Assembly (NCBI GenBank): GCA_937900875.1 | Contig: CALCGD010000016.1 | Location: 1-59,796 of the forward strand | DNA: 59,796 bases | Direction: 5' to 3' | From: an uncultured Flavobacteriales bacterium | GTDB taxonomy: Bacteria; Bacteroidota; Bacteroidia; UBA10329 | Part shown: piece by piece, positions 10,730 through 20,715 of the stretch | Position numbering within the stretch: position 1 is the stretch's first letter | Layout of the letters: every line of letters starts with the position of its first letter | The notes under the pieces: generated by a model | The model's database searches: none | Told to the model about the DNA's origin: nothing | The model's input: only the letters and a program-made list of their open reading frames with translations | Program-made: the position numbers and the translations under genes

Positions 10730-11191
10730 TTAAATTTTGCGTAATAGTTTGGCAGGGTTTCCTGCGTATACACCTGGTTCTGTAATATTCTTAGTAACTA
10801 CTGATCCTGCTCCAATCACTGCATTATCGCAAATTAAAACAGGCAATATGGTGGCATTGCTTCCAATAGAAACGTGATTGCCGATTTGAGTTTCCATCCA
10901 AAGTGTTTTATCTCCTTGTGCGGGTCCGCCCTTGGCGAATAGGTCGTTGACAAACATTACCCCGTGACCAATAAAGCAGTTGTTGCCGATGGTAACAAGC
11001 TCACAAATGAAGCTATGAGACTGAATTTTGCAATTGTTGCCAATTGTAACGTCCTTCTGTATTTCCACGAAAGGGCCTACAAATGTTTTATCTCCAATTG
11101 TGCAGCCGTAAACATTACACGGCTCTACTATGGTAACATCTTCACCTAGCTGAACATTAACTACCCCAACCGACTTTCGATTAAACTGCAT
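10730..11191 (-). CDS. Hexapeptide-repeat N-acetyltransferase (WbpD/WlbB-like)
   Basis: Left-handed beta-helix repeats, FIGHGVMFVND, GNPAK. ATG at 11191 avoids overlap with the upstream gene. Confidence 0.85.
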   Translation of the reverse strand: MQFNRKSVGVVNVQLGEDVTIVEPCNVYGCTIGDKTFVGPFVEIQKDVTIGNNCKIQSHSFICELVTIGNNCFIGHGVMFVNDLFAKGGPAQGDKTLWMETQIGNHVSIGSNATILPVLICDNAVIGAGSVVTKNITEPGVYAGNPAKLLRKI

Positions 11192-11201
11192 TTTTGGATG
11201 G

Positions 11202-12212
11202 CTAATTTTGGCCTGCAGCAGTGTAAATCTTATCAATAATCTCCACGGTTTTTAGCCCTTCGTAGGCGTTGGTAGAGATAGTAGCCTGATTAGTAAGAAC
11301 ATCCACCAAATTCTCGTACACCTTATCGTGGTTTGACATTGAACCTTGGTACTGACCGTAATTATTTGCGGTATTTCCTTTTGGTAAATCTTTAAATTCG
11401 AAGCCTTCAATGTTCTGATATTCAAGCTCATTGAGGTATTGGCCACCAATTTTTACGGTTCCCTTTTCACCAAAAATGGTGAGAGAGCCTTCCATGTTCT
11501 TTTGGTAACTGTTGACTGTATAATTAACGGTTCCGATAACGCCATTGTGAAATTCTAACGCCACCACCCCTGCATCTTCGAATTCAATAATTCCTTGGTG
11601 CGAAAAGTTTCGCATAATGGCGTGTGCTCGCTTTACATCTCCAATTAACCAATATAAAAGGTCTATGAAGTGGCTAAATTGCGTGTAAAGGGTTCCACCG
11701 TCTAAGTCTTTCGTTCCTTTCCAGGAATTGGCGTAATAATCTTCGTTTCGGTTCCAAAAGCAGTTTAACTGTATACTGTAAAGCTTTCCGAAAACACCTT
11801 GTTCTATTGCTTTTTTAAGGGCTGCAATTGGTGGATTAAACCTGTTTTGCTTAATGGCAAATAGACGTTTATTCGCACTTTCAGCCGCCTTTATCATCTC
11901 ACCGCAATCGTGCACATTGATTGCCATAGGCTTTTCGCAAAGCACATGAAATCCTGCTTTGAGTGCTTTAATAGAATGTTCTGCATGCAAACCGTTCGGA
12001 GTGCAAATTGAGATTACATCAATTTCTTTTTCCGCAGCTAACAAATCATCGATATTGCTATAAGCCTTAACGCCATATTGCTTAGCTAAACCCTCCGCTT
12101 TTTCAGAATCAACATCGCAAACTGCCTGTAATTGACCAAAATGCTTAATGTGCTCTGCGTGTCTATTGGCTATTCTCCCACAACCTACCAGTCCAAATTT
12201 AATCTGCTTCAT
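11202..12212 (-). CDS. Gfo/Idh/MocA oxidoreductase (WbpB/WlbA-like nucleotide-sugar 3-dehydrogenase)
   Basis: GCGRIA, CTPNGLH, CEKPM, KQNRFN, DGGTLYTQFSHFID. Confidence 0.88.
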   Translation of the reverse strand: MKQIKFGLVGCGRIANRHAEHIKHFGQLQAVCDVDSEKAEGLAKQYGVKAYSNIDDLLAAEKEIDVISICTPNGLHAEHSIKALKAGFHVLCEKPMAINVHDCGEMIKAAESANKRLFAIKQNRFNPPIAALKKAIEQGVFGKLYSIQLNCFWNRNEDYYANSWKGTKDLDGGTLYTQFSHFIDLLYWLIGDVKRAHAIMRNFSHQGIIEFEDAGVVALEFHNGVIGTVNYTVNSYQKNMEGSLTIFGEKGTVKIGGQYLNELEYQNIEGFEFKDLPKGNTANNYGQYQGSMSNHDKVYENLVDVLTNQATISTNAYEGLKTVEIIDKIYTAAGQN

Positions 12213-13283
12213 TTATGAGCTTCTTATTTTATTGCTGAGAATATTGTACACGGCTTTGAAGAAATATTTGGTGTCCGTTGTATACGGATTTGCCTCTTTT
12301 TCATTCAAATACGTTCTCTCAGATTCAATGTATTCGCTTACTTCTTGTTTCAGCAAAGCTACATAAGGCGGAACACATCCGGGCTTATGTTTCAATCTTA
12401 ATTTCTTCATGTCTTCTGGATATTCTTCCAAAAAACGCTGACTAACAGGTCTAATACCCACCAGCTTCATTTCTCCTTTTAAAACGTTAAGCAGCTGAGG
12501 TAGCTCATCTAACCACAATTTACGCATGCTTGCTCCCCACGATGTAAGTCTAAAATCGTCTGCAGGTTTACCAATTTCTGAATACCCGTTTTTACGAATA
12601 ACGTAGTCTTGCAGATATTCAGAATATGGGTGCATTGTTCTGAATTTGTACACTCCGATGATCTTTCCATCCTTACCAACCCGCGGCATTTTGTATAGCG
12701 GGCCATATGACGGGTTCTTATCTCTAATTGGTTCTCCAGTTTTTCTAGCAACGAAATAGATGAGACCATCTACGGCTCTATCGTCCAAAATTTCAAACCC
12801 ACAAGACACAACTCTACCAAGTGCTTCCGCTTTAGAAAGTGCTCTGTTTCTACCGTGTGCGATAAAAAAGTACAGTTTCTGCGTAAGCTTCAACTTTGGG
12901 AAAATCCGCTTAAAGATGAAGTCGAACAGATAGTATATCTGACGAATTACCGGGGGAAATTTTCGATGTATGCGCTGATGTCTTAACAGGTAACTCTCCA
13001 CGCAACCTACATGATACCCACCCAACGGCAACAGATGGTTTACAGCGTTAAAGAATTTATTGATTCTTTGAATATCATTTATCCGCTTTAGGTTAATGAG
13101 GTTGAAAGAATCGAAACCATCTGCAATGGCATTTTCCTCAAGACTTCGAATATTAAAGGGTGACGAAGTCTTTACAATAGTTGTGCGTGAACTCGGGTCC
13201 TTGCTATCTAGATCGATATATTGACCGATGAAGTCCCTGAGCTCTGATTTGATTTCTTTTGAAATACGATTGGACTCCTTCAT
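12213..13283 (-). CDS. Sugar transferase (monotopic phosphoglycosyl transferase core) with an extra N-terminal domain
   Basis: C-terminal RVGKDGK...YKFRTM, LDELPQL, GEMKLVGIRP and KPG motifs of the bacterial sugar transferase family. Confidence 0.8.
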   Translation of the reverse strand: MKESNRISKEIKSELRDFIGQYIDLDSKDPSSRTTIVKTSSPFNIRSLEENAIADGFDSFNLINLKRINDIQRINKFFNAVNHLLPLGGYHVGCVESYLLRHQRIHRKFPPVIRQIYYLFDFIFKRIFPKLKLTQKLYFFIAHGRNRALSKAEALGRVVSCGFEILDDRAVDGLIYFVARKTGEPIRDKNPSYGPLYKMPRVGKDGKIIGVYKFRTMHPYSEYLQDYVIRKNGYSEIGKPADDFRLTSWGASMRKLWLDELPQLLNVLKGEMKLVGIRPVSQRFLEEYPEDMKKLRLKHKPGCVPPYVALLKQEVSEYIESERTYLNEKEANPYTTDTKYFFKAVYNILSNKIRSS

Positions 13284-13299
13284 CCCAGTTTCAGAGGCA

Positions 13300-13307
13300 C
13301 AAATATA
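13300..13307 (-). promoter_or_regulatory. -7 box (TATATTTG, minus strand) for the sugar transferase to Wzi-like sub-operon
   Basis: Reverse complement of CAAATATA, in the 123-bp intergenic gap. Confidence 0.55.
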
Positions 13308-13406
13308 TCGTTTACAAGCGTGTTAAATTGGTCATCTAGTGGCCCATTAAGAACAATTTGCAAAGTGTTTTGCTGAGGTAATCAGCTTATTAAGCTTAGA
13401 TGAGAA

Positions 13407-14447
13407 TTAGGCTCGCTTCGCTTCTTCGGTAATCACGTCTGCAAAGAATTCTGCTACGTTAATCTTTTGAGCAAGCATGGTCGCCTTTCGTCTCTGCATT
13501 TCGCCATCAGGCAGGTTGAGATAACCTTTAATCACTTCAATCAATAAGTCTTCTTTGTCAGTTTCTACTCCTCTAGTAAGACCAAGATCTTGTAACTCAT
13601 TTAGGTAGCCAAGTTTGCCAACAAAATCGTTGAATCGTACGGAAGGAACGCCAAGAACCGCTGCTTCTGCGGCCATCGTCTGACTATCGCCAATAAACAT
13701 AGATGCTCCAGCCATTACTTGATGGATGTGTTCGGGTGGCACGGGCATTCTGTACTTATCCAGGTCTGGTCTCAAGGGTCTTTCAGAAGTAATATAAACC
13801 GACCCATGAGGCAAAAGAAGGCTAATAATATTCAGTGCCAATTCATCATTTATACCTGTTTTACCATCATCATGATGAGCATCTAATCCTGAAAATCGAA
13901 GTATGAAGTACTTCTCAGCCAGCCCGAATTTTGTTTTGATAGTTGGGTCAAATTGAAAATGGTCTGGATGCAAATAAGCCAGCTCATGATAGCCTTCGTA
14001 TTGGGTAGTCTTGTGTCCCCACTTTCCAACTCTGCAACTTACTGGAGCCAGTAATCGGGTCATAAAAGGATATCCTAATTTGGCAAAACGAGGTACTTGA
14101 TCGGCATCATCTTCATTTAAGACAATGCTTGTTATGCCGAGCAGTTTGCCAACATGCGTAATCTCTACGGATGTGCCTACTAACACATCGGGTTTGTTCT
14201 TTCTGCACCATTTGAAAATTTCCCAATCGCGCTCTGCAAGGCCTTTGATAATGCCAAATGTGGTCGATTTTCTTCCTTCCGGCTGAATGTTGGTATATGG
14301 AAAGCCAGAAGCCTTAAGCAGCGTTTCCAAAACATCCTTTTTCTTGATAAGTATGTGTGTTTCTATACCACGCTCGTTTAAGACAGGAAACACATTTTTA
14401 AGCATGTGAAAATGGGCGGGATGCCCAAGGTAGAACATGGCTTTCAT
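13407..14447 (-). CDS. DUF354-family protein (GT-B-like / lipid-A-disaccharide synthase-related)
   Basis: HPAHFH N-terminal motif, GYHELAYLHP, FIGDSQTMAAEAAVLGVP. Confidence 0.75.
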   Translation of the reverse strand: MKAMFYLGHPAHFHMLKNVFPVLNERGIETHILIKKKDVLETLLKASGFPYTNIQPEGRKSTTFGIIKGLAERDWEIFKWCRKNKPDVLVGTSVEITHVGKLLGITSIVLNEDDADQVPRFAKLGYPFMTRLLAPVSCRVGKWGHKTTQYEGYHELAYLHPDHFQFDPTIKTKFGLAEKYFILRFSGLDAHHDDGKTGINDELALNIISLLLPHGSVYITSERPLRPDLDKYRMPVPPEHIHQVMAGASMFIGDSQTMAAEAAVLGVPSVRFNDFVGKLGYLNELQDLGLTRGVETDKEDLLIEVIKGYLNLPDGEMQRRKATMLAQKINVAEFFADVITEEAKRA

Positions 14448-15616
14448 TGGCTAGGAGTGTTTCGTTTAAGCGCAACTTGGTAGTACGAAAGTGCAAGAAA
14501 CATCCAAGCTTGAGACCACCTCATAAAAGGAATTTTATTGGTGTGACTTTTAAAAATTCTATAGTAGAAATAGCCTTTTTTGTCTTGCATGTTGGCGATA
14601 GTCCAGTTGGTAATCTTTTCCATCAATTCTACGCTATCTGTTCTGTATTCACTCATCATAGCCAACGTTATAATTCCTTGGCTTTGATTATGGATTTCTG
14701 CTGGATATAGCTTTGGCAATCGCCAGTAGCTTCTTCCACTTTCGTGGAACTGTTGGTCGCAGTAAAAATCAATTCCACTTTTTATGGATGATTCCCACTT
14801 CGGATCTGAATAATTCAGTGCTTTTTTAATTTCAAAAAGGCTCTCTAAAATATAGCCTTGGTGAAAATCTACCTGTTTCTGCTCCTTACCCGTTTTTGGG
14901 TCCCAATTGTAGTTCCAGCGTCCATCTTTTTGCTGATGTGCTATCACAAAATTGCCGCATTTTATCGCCATATCGCGGTAGCGCTCTTCCTTTGTAATAC
15001 TGTAAGTCTTAGCAAGCGTTTCGGCTGCTAGCAAACTTGCATTGTAGCAGATATCTGCTTTTGCTGGGGTATAACTAATGCTTAATCCTGTTTCATCCTC
15101 ATACTTCTCAAGCTCTGTATCCATAAATACAGATGCGCCCTTCAGCAACTCAATTACTTCATCTTTTTTAGTGACTAGGTAATACTCGTAAAGCCCTTTT
15201 GCAACAGTGCCAGTAACTACAGATGATGGAAAAAATGGGGGAATTTGTTTTTGCGGACTCGCCCAAGAAAAATTATACCCCCAACAAGTTCCTTGGTAAC
15301 CTTTGGATGCGTTTTCCTTGAGCCAGGTGTAGAAATAATCTGCTTTTTCTAAATCTTCTTTCTTCCCGAACTCCTTGTAAAGGATAGAATATGCATGCAA
15401 AAACAGACCAAATGCCTTTGGATTTATCTCTTTTTTAATTCCTAAAAGCGGGCGAATATTAATTGGATTTCGTTTCTGAACCTGAGTGGCCAAAACAGGG
15501 CCCCATTTACCCAACCAATGAAACGGAACCCAAGAATTTAGCGTGTCATACGGATCGTATCCTTGATATTTCTCTTCAGAAATGTAGGCTTCTAGTTTCT
15601 CGAAAGAGGCTAGCAT
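14444..15616 (-). CDS. Conserved polysaccharide-locus protein, probable (alpha/alpha)6 barrel
   Basis: GYDPYD N-terminus, WGYNFSW, QQKDGRWNY and MQDKKGYFYY turn motifs, MRWSQAW. Function unknown. Confidence 0.6.
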   Translation of the reverse strand: MLASFEKLEAYISEEKYQGYDPYDTLNSWVPFHWLGKWGPVLATQVQKRNPINIRPLLGIKKEINPKAFGLFLHAYSILYKEFGKKEDLEKADYFYTWLKENASKGYQGTCWGYNFSWASPQKQIPPFFPSSVVTGTVAKGLYEYYLVTKKDEVIELLKGASVFMDTELEKYEDETGLSISYTPAKADICYNASLLAAETLAKTYSITKEERYRDMAIKCGNFVIAHQQKDGRWNYNWDPKTGKEQKQVDFHQGYILESLFEIKKALNYSDPKWESSIKSGIDFYCDQQFHESGRSYWRLPKLYPAEIHNQSQGIITLAMMSEYRTDSVELMEKITNWTIANMQDKKGYFYYRIFKSHTNKIPFMRWSQAWMFLALSYYQVALKRNTPSQ

Positions 15617-15619
15617 GAA

Positions 15620-17758
15620 TTACAGGGTGATTTTTCTATTCTGAGAAATGCTCTCCAGTGCTTTAAGCGTTGCAAGGGTAGATAGGTAACTGTCTTCAAA
15701 CGAAATCGGCAATGGTTTGCCAGTTTTAATTGCTTCTAGCATCAATTCCACCTCTTTTGCGTGGCCTTTATCTTGCCCTCCAAATTTTATTTTTTTGGTG
15801 GTTTTGCCGTAAATAGTCATCTGCTTAAAATCATCAATTATGGCTACATCTCCTCCGCAGAAAACTTCCATGTATTCCTTGCCCAACGTCTTATTTCCAT
15901 TCGAAAAATAGTTCACCGTGGCAATGCTTCCATTGGCAAATTCCATGTTAATGACTACAGAATTGTTGAGTCCATTGGCGTCTTTCAACGTGTTGGCACT
16001 CACAGTTGTAATGTCTGCTCCTGCCAAATACATGGCTAAATCAACAAAATGGCAGCCTTCACCAATAATTCTACCTCCTCCGACTTTAGGGTCATTTACC
16101 CAATGGTCTGGTGGAACCAAACCCGCATTTACACGAATATTGATTGACTTTGGAAGCTCATCAGCAAAACGCTTTTTCAGTTCTTGAACTGCTGGCGCAA
16201 ACCTTCGGTTGTAACCAACCATAACTTGTGTTGCGCTTCCAGCCGCTTTGGCTTCATCATATTTTGCTTTAATCTGCTCCAGTTCTTCAACCGTAAGTGC
16301 CATTGGTTTCTCAACAAACACATTTTTTCCACTTTCAATTCCGCTTAGCACATAACCAGCATGCGAATCGTGACGAGTTGTAATGATTATTGTGTTGATT
16401 TTATCATCTGCAAACAACTCTGCAGGAGACTCTGCGCAGTAATTAAAGGCATATTTTTCTCCAACATAGCGTGCTGAATTACCTGTGTTTGTGGCAATTC
16501 CAATCAGATTACAATTCCCTTTCATTTTTGGAAGCAACATTCCTTGAGCAAACGATCCGGCACCAACACAACCAATATTAGGTTCGCTTGCTTTAACAGG
16601 GGTTGAGTTGAGCGCAACACGCTTGCTAAGCTCTTTTTCGGTGTTGTATCTCACCACCACACCGTTAAATGGTTCTTGCCTAGAAAGAATCATATCATAG
16701 GCCGAGGGTGCATTCTCTAAATCGTATGTATGCGAAATGAGCGATTCAATGGCAAGTGTTTCGTTGGCCAAAAGCTTCACAAAACTTTGCATGTTCCGAT
16801 TCTCTGTCCATCGAACATAGCCGTACGGATAATCGATTCCCTTGTCTTCATAATTAGGATCCTGACGGCCAGGGCCGTAAGACATAGACATTCTCAGGTC
16901 CAATTCTTTCTTGTAATAATTAGCGCGGTTAAAACCCGTTGGAACGGCTCCAACAATTACAACTTTGCCTTTTTTTCGGGCCATTTCTCCCGAAAATTCG
17001 ATTGGATCTAATGATGGTGTTCCAGCTGTAATCAGCACCGCATCAACTCCGTAACCATCAGTAAAATTCATGATGATTTCGTTGATTCCTGCCTGATTCC
17101 GATTGTAAACGTTGTCAATTCCGCAAGCCTTGCAAAGTTCAATTTGCTTATCAGAAACATCTACAGCAATAGCATTTACACCTGAAGCTTTCAAGATTTT
17201 AGCGCTTAGTTGACCAATGATTCCCATTCCAATAATGAGACAGTTTTCGCCAAGCGTAAGTTCTGCTTGTCTAATGCCTTGAATGGCAATGGAGCCAATG
17301 GTGGTAAAAGCCGCCTCGTTTAATTTCACGTTCTCAGGCACTTTCACACAGAGATTCATAGGCACAGAAACAACATCGGCATGGCAGGCAGATGCGCCAC
17401 CACAGGCAACAAAATCACCAACCTTAAAGCCTTTTACGTCTTCGCCTACGGCAATTACTTCTCCGGCAGAGCTGTAGCCCAAAGACGCTTTTGCCTCCAA
17501 CTTGTTCATCACAAAATTGTAGGTGGTTAAAGGTCCTTCCAACTTCACTTTTTCAATAACCTGCTTTACCTCTTTCTGTCGGCTTCTGGCTTTCGCGATG
17601 TAGCCCTTTCTAGCATCGGTAACTGTTTTTCCCTCGGTGCCTGCGCTTATAACAGAAAAATGATTTCTAACCAGCAATTGGCCTTTCCCGAGTGCTGGAA
17701 AAGGCACTTCAAGAATTTCCATTTTTCCCGATTTAAGCTCTTGTGTCAGTTGCTCCAT
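15620..17758 (-). CDS. Bi-domain oxidoreductase (MDR/zinc-binding ADH-like domain plus Gfo/Idh/MocA domain)
   Basis: ISAGTE and LGYSSAG in the MDR domain, GMGIIG. Second Rossmann GAGSFA, VFVEKPM, GYNRRF, GEGCHFVD. Confidence 0.88.
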   Translation of the reverse strand: MEQLTQELKSGKMEILEVPFPALGKGQLLVRNHFSVISAGTEGKTVTDARKGYIAKARSRQKEVKQVIEKVKLEGPLTTYNFVMNKLEAKASLGYSSAGEVIAVGEDVKGFKVGDFVACGGASACHADVVSVPMNLCVKVPENVKLNEAAFTTIGSIAIQGIRQAELTLGENCLIIGMGIIGQLSAKILKASGVNAIAVDVSDKQIELCKACGIDNVYNRNQAGINEIIMNFTDGYGVDAVLITAGTPSLDPIEFSGEMARKKGKVVIVGAVPTGFNRANYYKKELDLRMSMSYGPGRQDPNYEDKGIDYPYGYVRWTENRNMQSFVKLLANETLAIESLISHTYDLENAPSAYDMILSRQEPFNGVVVRYNTEKELSKRVALNSTPVKASEPNIGCVGAGSFAQGMLLPKMKGNCNLIGIATNTGNSARYVGEKYAFNYCAESPAELFADDKINTIIITTRHDSHAGYVLSGIESGKNVFVEKPMALTVEELEQIKAKYDEAKAAGSATQVMVGYNRRFAPAVQELKKRFADELPKSINIRVNAGLVPPDHWVNDPKVGGGRIIGEGCHFVDLAMYLAGADITTVSANTLKDANGLNNSVVINMEFANGSIATVNYFSNGNKTLGKEYMEVFCGGDVAIIDDFKQMTIYGKTTKKIKFGGQDKGHAKEVELMLEAIKTGKPLPISFEDSYLSTLATLKALESISQNRKITL

Positions 17759-18857
17759 AACCTACTTCTTGATATATTTTTTCAAGTCGCTGTAGGACTT
17801 GAGAAGAGTAAAAATTCTGTTTGGCAAAGTTGCCATTGATAAATGACATTTCCTTCCTTAAAGCAGGATTATCCACCAATTGCTGTAAAAATTCGGCAAA
17901 AACAGCTGGTTCTAAGGAATCAGAAAGAAATCCATTCTCTGTTTTTACAATTTCAGGTATTGAACCAACCGGCCGAGATATGATTGGTAGTCCGAAGGCC
18001 ATGGCCTCCAAAATGGAATTGGGCATTCCTTCTCTGTACGTAGGAAATAGGTAGCAGTCGGCTGCCAAATATGCGTCTCGCTTTGTTGCTCCTTGCACAT
18101 GACCCAATATGGAAACGTTTTTCACTTCCATTTCGGCAACCAATTGAGTAATCTCTTCTTCGGCACGGCCAGAACCAGCTAGTGTGAATGAAATATTTTG
18201 TTCTGGATTTTTTTCTTGCAATGTTTTAATGGCCCTTATAGCTTCAAATATTCCTTTCTCTTTCTCTACTCGGGCCAGAAATAAAATGTTGAACCCATTC
18301 TTTTTACTGTTGAATTTACTGCTCAGATGCTGATCTATATCTATTCCATCAAGCAAGGATTCGTCAAACAAAGTCGTTTCCACATGAATCGGTTTCTTAT
18401 AGCCCCAATCCAGAAGTTTTTGTTTCACTTCGTTTGAAAGTGTTAGAGTTGCATCGGTTTTAAAAAAAGCGATTTTAAAAAGGCCAAGACCTCTTTTTTC
18501 AAGCTTAACGCGCACCTTATCGTTCCATCCTCGATAGAAAACAACGGTTTTAACGCCCAAGCTTTTGGCAATCAAAATGAAAATACCATCCCTAAAAAGT
18601 GCTGCCCAGCCGAAAGATGTACTGGTTTGAATCATGCAGTATTCTCCCGTTTTCAGCTTCCGATAAAACGACAAATAATCTGTAAAAATGCGCTTTGTCT
18701 CGGCAAACTTGCCCTCATGATACGGCCAATTTCTAGCCCCTCTATGAACGTATTCTACCGGAAGAGTAAACTTAGATTTGAGCACCTGGTAGTAGTGCTT
18801 AATTCCGCCACTAGCAGACTCTGCAGGCACAAGAAGCAGAATTTTCTTTTTACTCAT
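17733..18857 (-). CDS. Glycosyltransferase family 4
   Basis: LFLARVEKEKG, EGMPNSILEAMAFGLPII. Confidence 0.88.
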   Translation of the reverse strand: MSKKKILLLVPAESASGGIKHYYQVLKSKFTLPVEYVHRGARNWPYHEGKFAETKRIFTDYLSFYRKLKTGEYCMIQTSTSFGWAALFRDGIFILIAKSLGVKTVVFYRGWNDKVRVKLEKRGLGLFKIAFFKTDATLTLSNEVKQKLLDWGYKKPIHVETTLFDESLLDGIDIDQHLSSKFNSKKNGFNILFLARVEKEKGIFEAIRAIKTLQEKNPEQNISFTLAGSGRAEEEITQLVAEMEVKNVSILGHVQGATKRDAYLAADCYLFPTYREGMPNSILEAMAFGLPIISRPVGSIPEIVKTENGFLSDSLEPAVFAEFLQQLVDNPALRKEMSFINGNFAKQNFYSSQVLQRLEKIYQEVGYGATDTRA

Positions 18858-20713
18858 TTCTTTAGCACTCCATCTAATACTGACAAGCTCCAGATGAGAT
18901 TGCCGTTATCGCTTTTTCCGGTTGCATTTTCGTTCACAATATGCTTCAACACGCTTTGGTTGAATAGTCCAGTTCCCGTTCCCAAATTGTTCAATTTGTC
19001 TTGCAATGCGGGGTCTTTAAACCATTCTCTTACAGGTACTCTAAAGCCTTTTTTTGATGCCCCCAAAAGCTCTTTTGGAAGTTTTTTTCCAATGGTTTTT
19101 CTCAGGACGCTCTTCCGCTCCCAACCCTGCATTTTTACTTTTTTATCCACCGTGGCCATAAATTCAATTAGCCGGTGGTCGAGGAAGGGCAATCTGGTTT
19201 CTAACGATGCAGCCATGCTCATCCGATCAACCTTTACCAAATAATCATTGGGTAAATCAAACTTGAAATTCAAGTACATCTGCTTATAAAAATCATCCTT
19301 GTACGGGGATTTTGCCATAAACTCTTGAATGTAATCTTCTATACCCCAAGTTTTGATTTCGGGATTAATCAAGGATTTGACGACCTCTATTTCTGGCTTT
19401 GCTCTTTTATGTAATAAACGTGTATTGTAGTCTTGAGACGATGAGGTAAGCAGGTTGCCGTACCTGTTTAGTTTGTACCGCAGTCCTCCTTTAAAAACGC
19501 CTGCCGTGGCGTTAAGAATTTTGGGAAGTCCTTGCTGAACACCCTTAGGCATTCCTTGGTATTTCTGGGCAAATTTAACCCCTTGATATGTTGAATAACC
19601 AGACAATACTTCATCACCACCGTCTCCTGTTAAAACCATTTTCACCTTCTCCGCTGCAAACCTTGAAACTTGCCCCGTTGGAATGGCAGACGAATCTCCA
19701 AATGGTTCATCATAATGATGAACTATCCTATTCAAATTCACCTCAAAATCTTCTTGGGTCACTGTTCCAAGATGATGTTCTGTATTGTACTTTTTGGCCA
19801 CCAACTCAGCCAATTTACTTTCGTCAAACTCACTCTCACTATACCCAATTGTGAAGGTTTGAACTGGATATTGGGTTTGACCAGACATAATTGCAACAAT
19901 GGAAGCTGAGTCTAGTCCACCGCTCAAAAAAGCTCCAAACGGCACATCACACCGCATTCTAATTCGAATCGAATCTGTAAAAAGCTCTTCAAACTTTTCA
20001 TAAATCTGTTTCGTATTGGTGTTCATATTTCCTTCGTCAATTGAAGGAAGGTCCCAGTACTTCTTTTCTTTTATTCCATCTACCGTTGCAAGGATAAAAT
20101 GACCTGGCATCAACTTCTTTATGTGCTTGAAAAATGTATTTGGAGCTGGAATGCTTTTAAAAACAGCATACACCTCTAATAATTCGAATTGAGGTTCGCG
20201 CGGTACTCCATACGCTAAAATGGATTTGATTTCGGAACCGAATATTAACGTGTTATCCCATATAGCGTAATGAACGGGCTTTTCTCCAATTCTATCTCGT
20301 GAGACGAACAATTGCTGTTTCCGCTCATCCCATAGGGCAATTGCCCACATACCATTAAACTTAGATTGGCATTCTACACCCCATTGCTCGTATGCCTTTA
20401 TCACAACTTCCGTATCTGAAGTTGTTTTGAAAGTGTGGCCTAACTGAACCAACTCTTCCTTTAGTTCTATGTAATTGTAGATCTCTCCATTAAGCACAAC
20501 CACAATTGACCTGTCGTCACTGTACATCGGCTGGTCGCCAGAAGACAGGTCAATAATGGATAACCTCCGGTGGCCTAGACCCACGTTTTGCTTCACATAA
20601 AAACCTTCTCCATCGGGTCCTCGATAATCTATTAGGTCAGTCATCCTTTTAAGACGCTGACCTTCTACCTCTCGGTCCTTTTCAAAATGAAATATTCCAG
20701 TTATTCCGCACAT
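18854..20713 (-). CDS. asnB: Asparagine synthase (glutamine-hydrolysing)-like amidotransferase, likely polysaccharide amidation
   Basis: MCGITG (Ntn cysteine), RGPD, GHRRLSIIDL, NGEIYN, LSGGLDS, TGDGGDE. Confidence 0.92.
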   Translation of the reverse strand: MCGITGIFHFEKDREVEGQRLKRMTDLIDYRGPDGEGFYVKQNVGLGHRRLSIIDLSSGDQPMYSDDRSIVVVLNGEIYNYIELKEELVQLGHTFKTTSDTEVVIKAYEQWGVECQSKFNGMWAIALWDERKQQLFVSRDRIGEKPVHYAIWDNTLIFGSEIKSILAYGVPREPQFELLEVYAVFKSIPAPNTFFKHIKKLMPGHFILATVDGIKEKKYWDLPSIDEGNMNTNTKQIYEKFEELFTDSIRIRMRCDVPFGAFLSGGLDSASIVAIMSGQTQYPVQTFTIGYSESEFDESKLAELVAKKYNTEHHLGTVTQEDFEVNLNRIVHHYDEPFGDSSAIPTGQVSRFAAEKVKMVLTGDGGDEVLSGYSTYQGVKFAQKYQGMPKGVQQGLPKILNATAGVFKGGLRYKLNRYGNLLTSSSQDYNTRLLHKRAKPEIEVVKSLINPEIKTWGIEDYIQEFMAKSPYKDDFYKQMYLNFKFDLPNDYLVKVDRMSMAASLETRLPFLDHRLIEFMATVDKKVKMQGWERKSVLRKTIGKKLPKELLGASKKGFRVPVREWFKDPALQDKLNNLGTGTGLFNQSVLKHIVNENATGKSDNGNLIWSLSVLDGVLKK

Positions 20714-20715
20714 TC

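Noticed and set aside
18627-19244. 205-aa plus-strand ORF and many other short antisense ORFs
   Set aside because: They are shadow ORFs opposite well-supported genes and carry no motifs.
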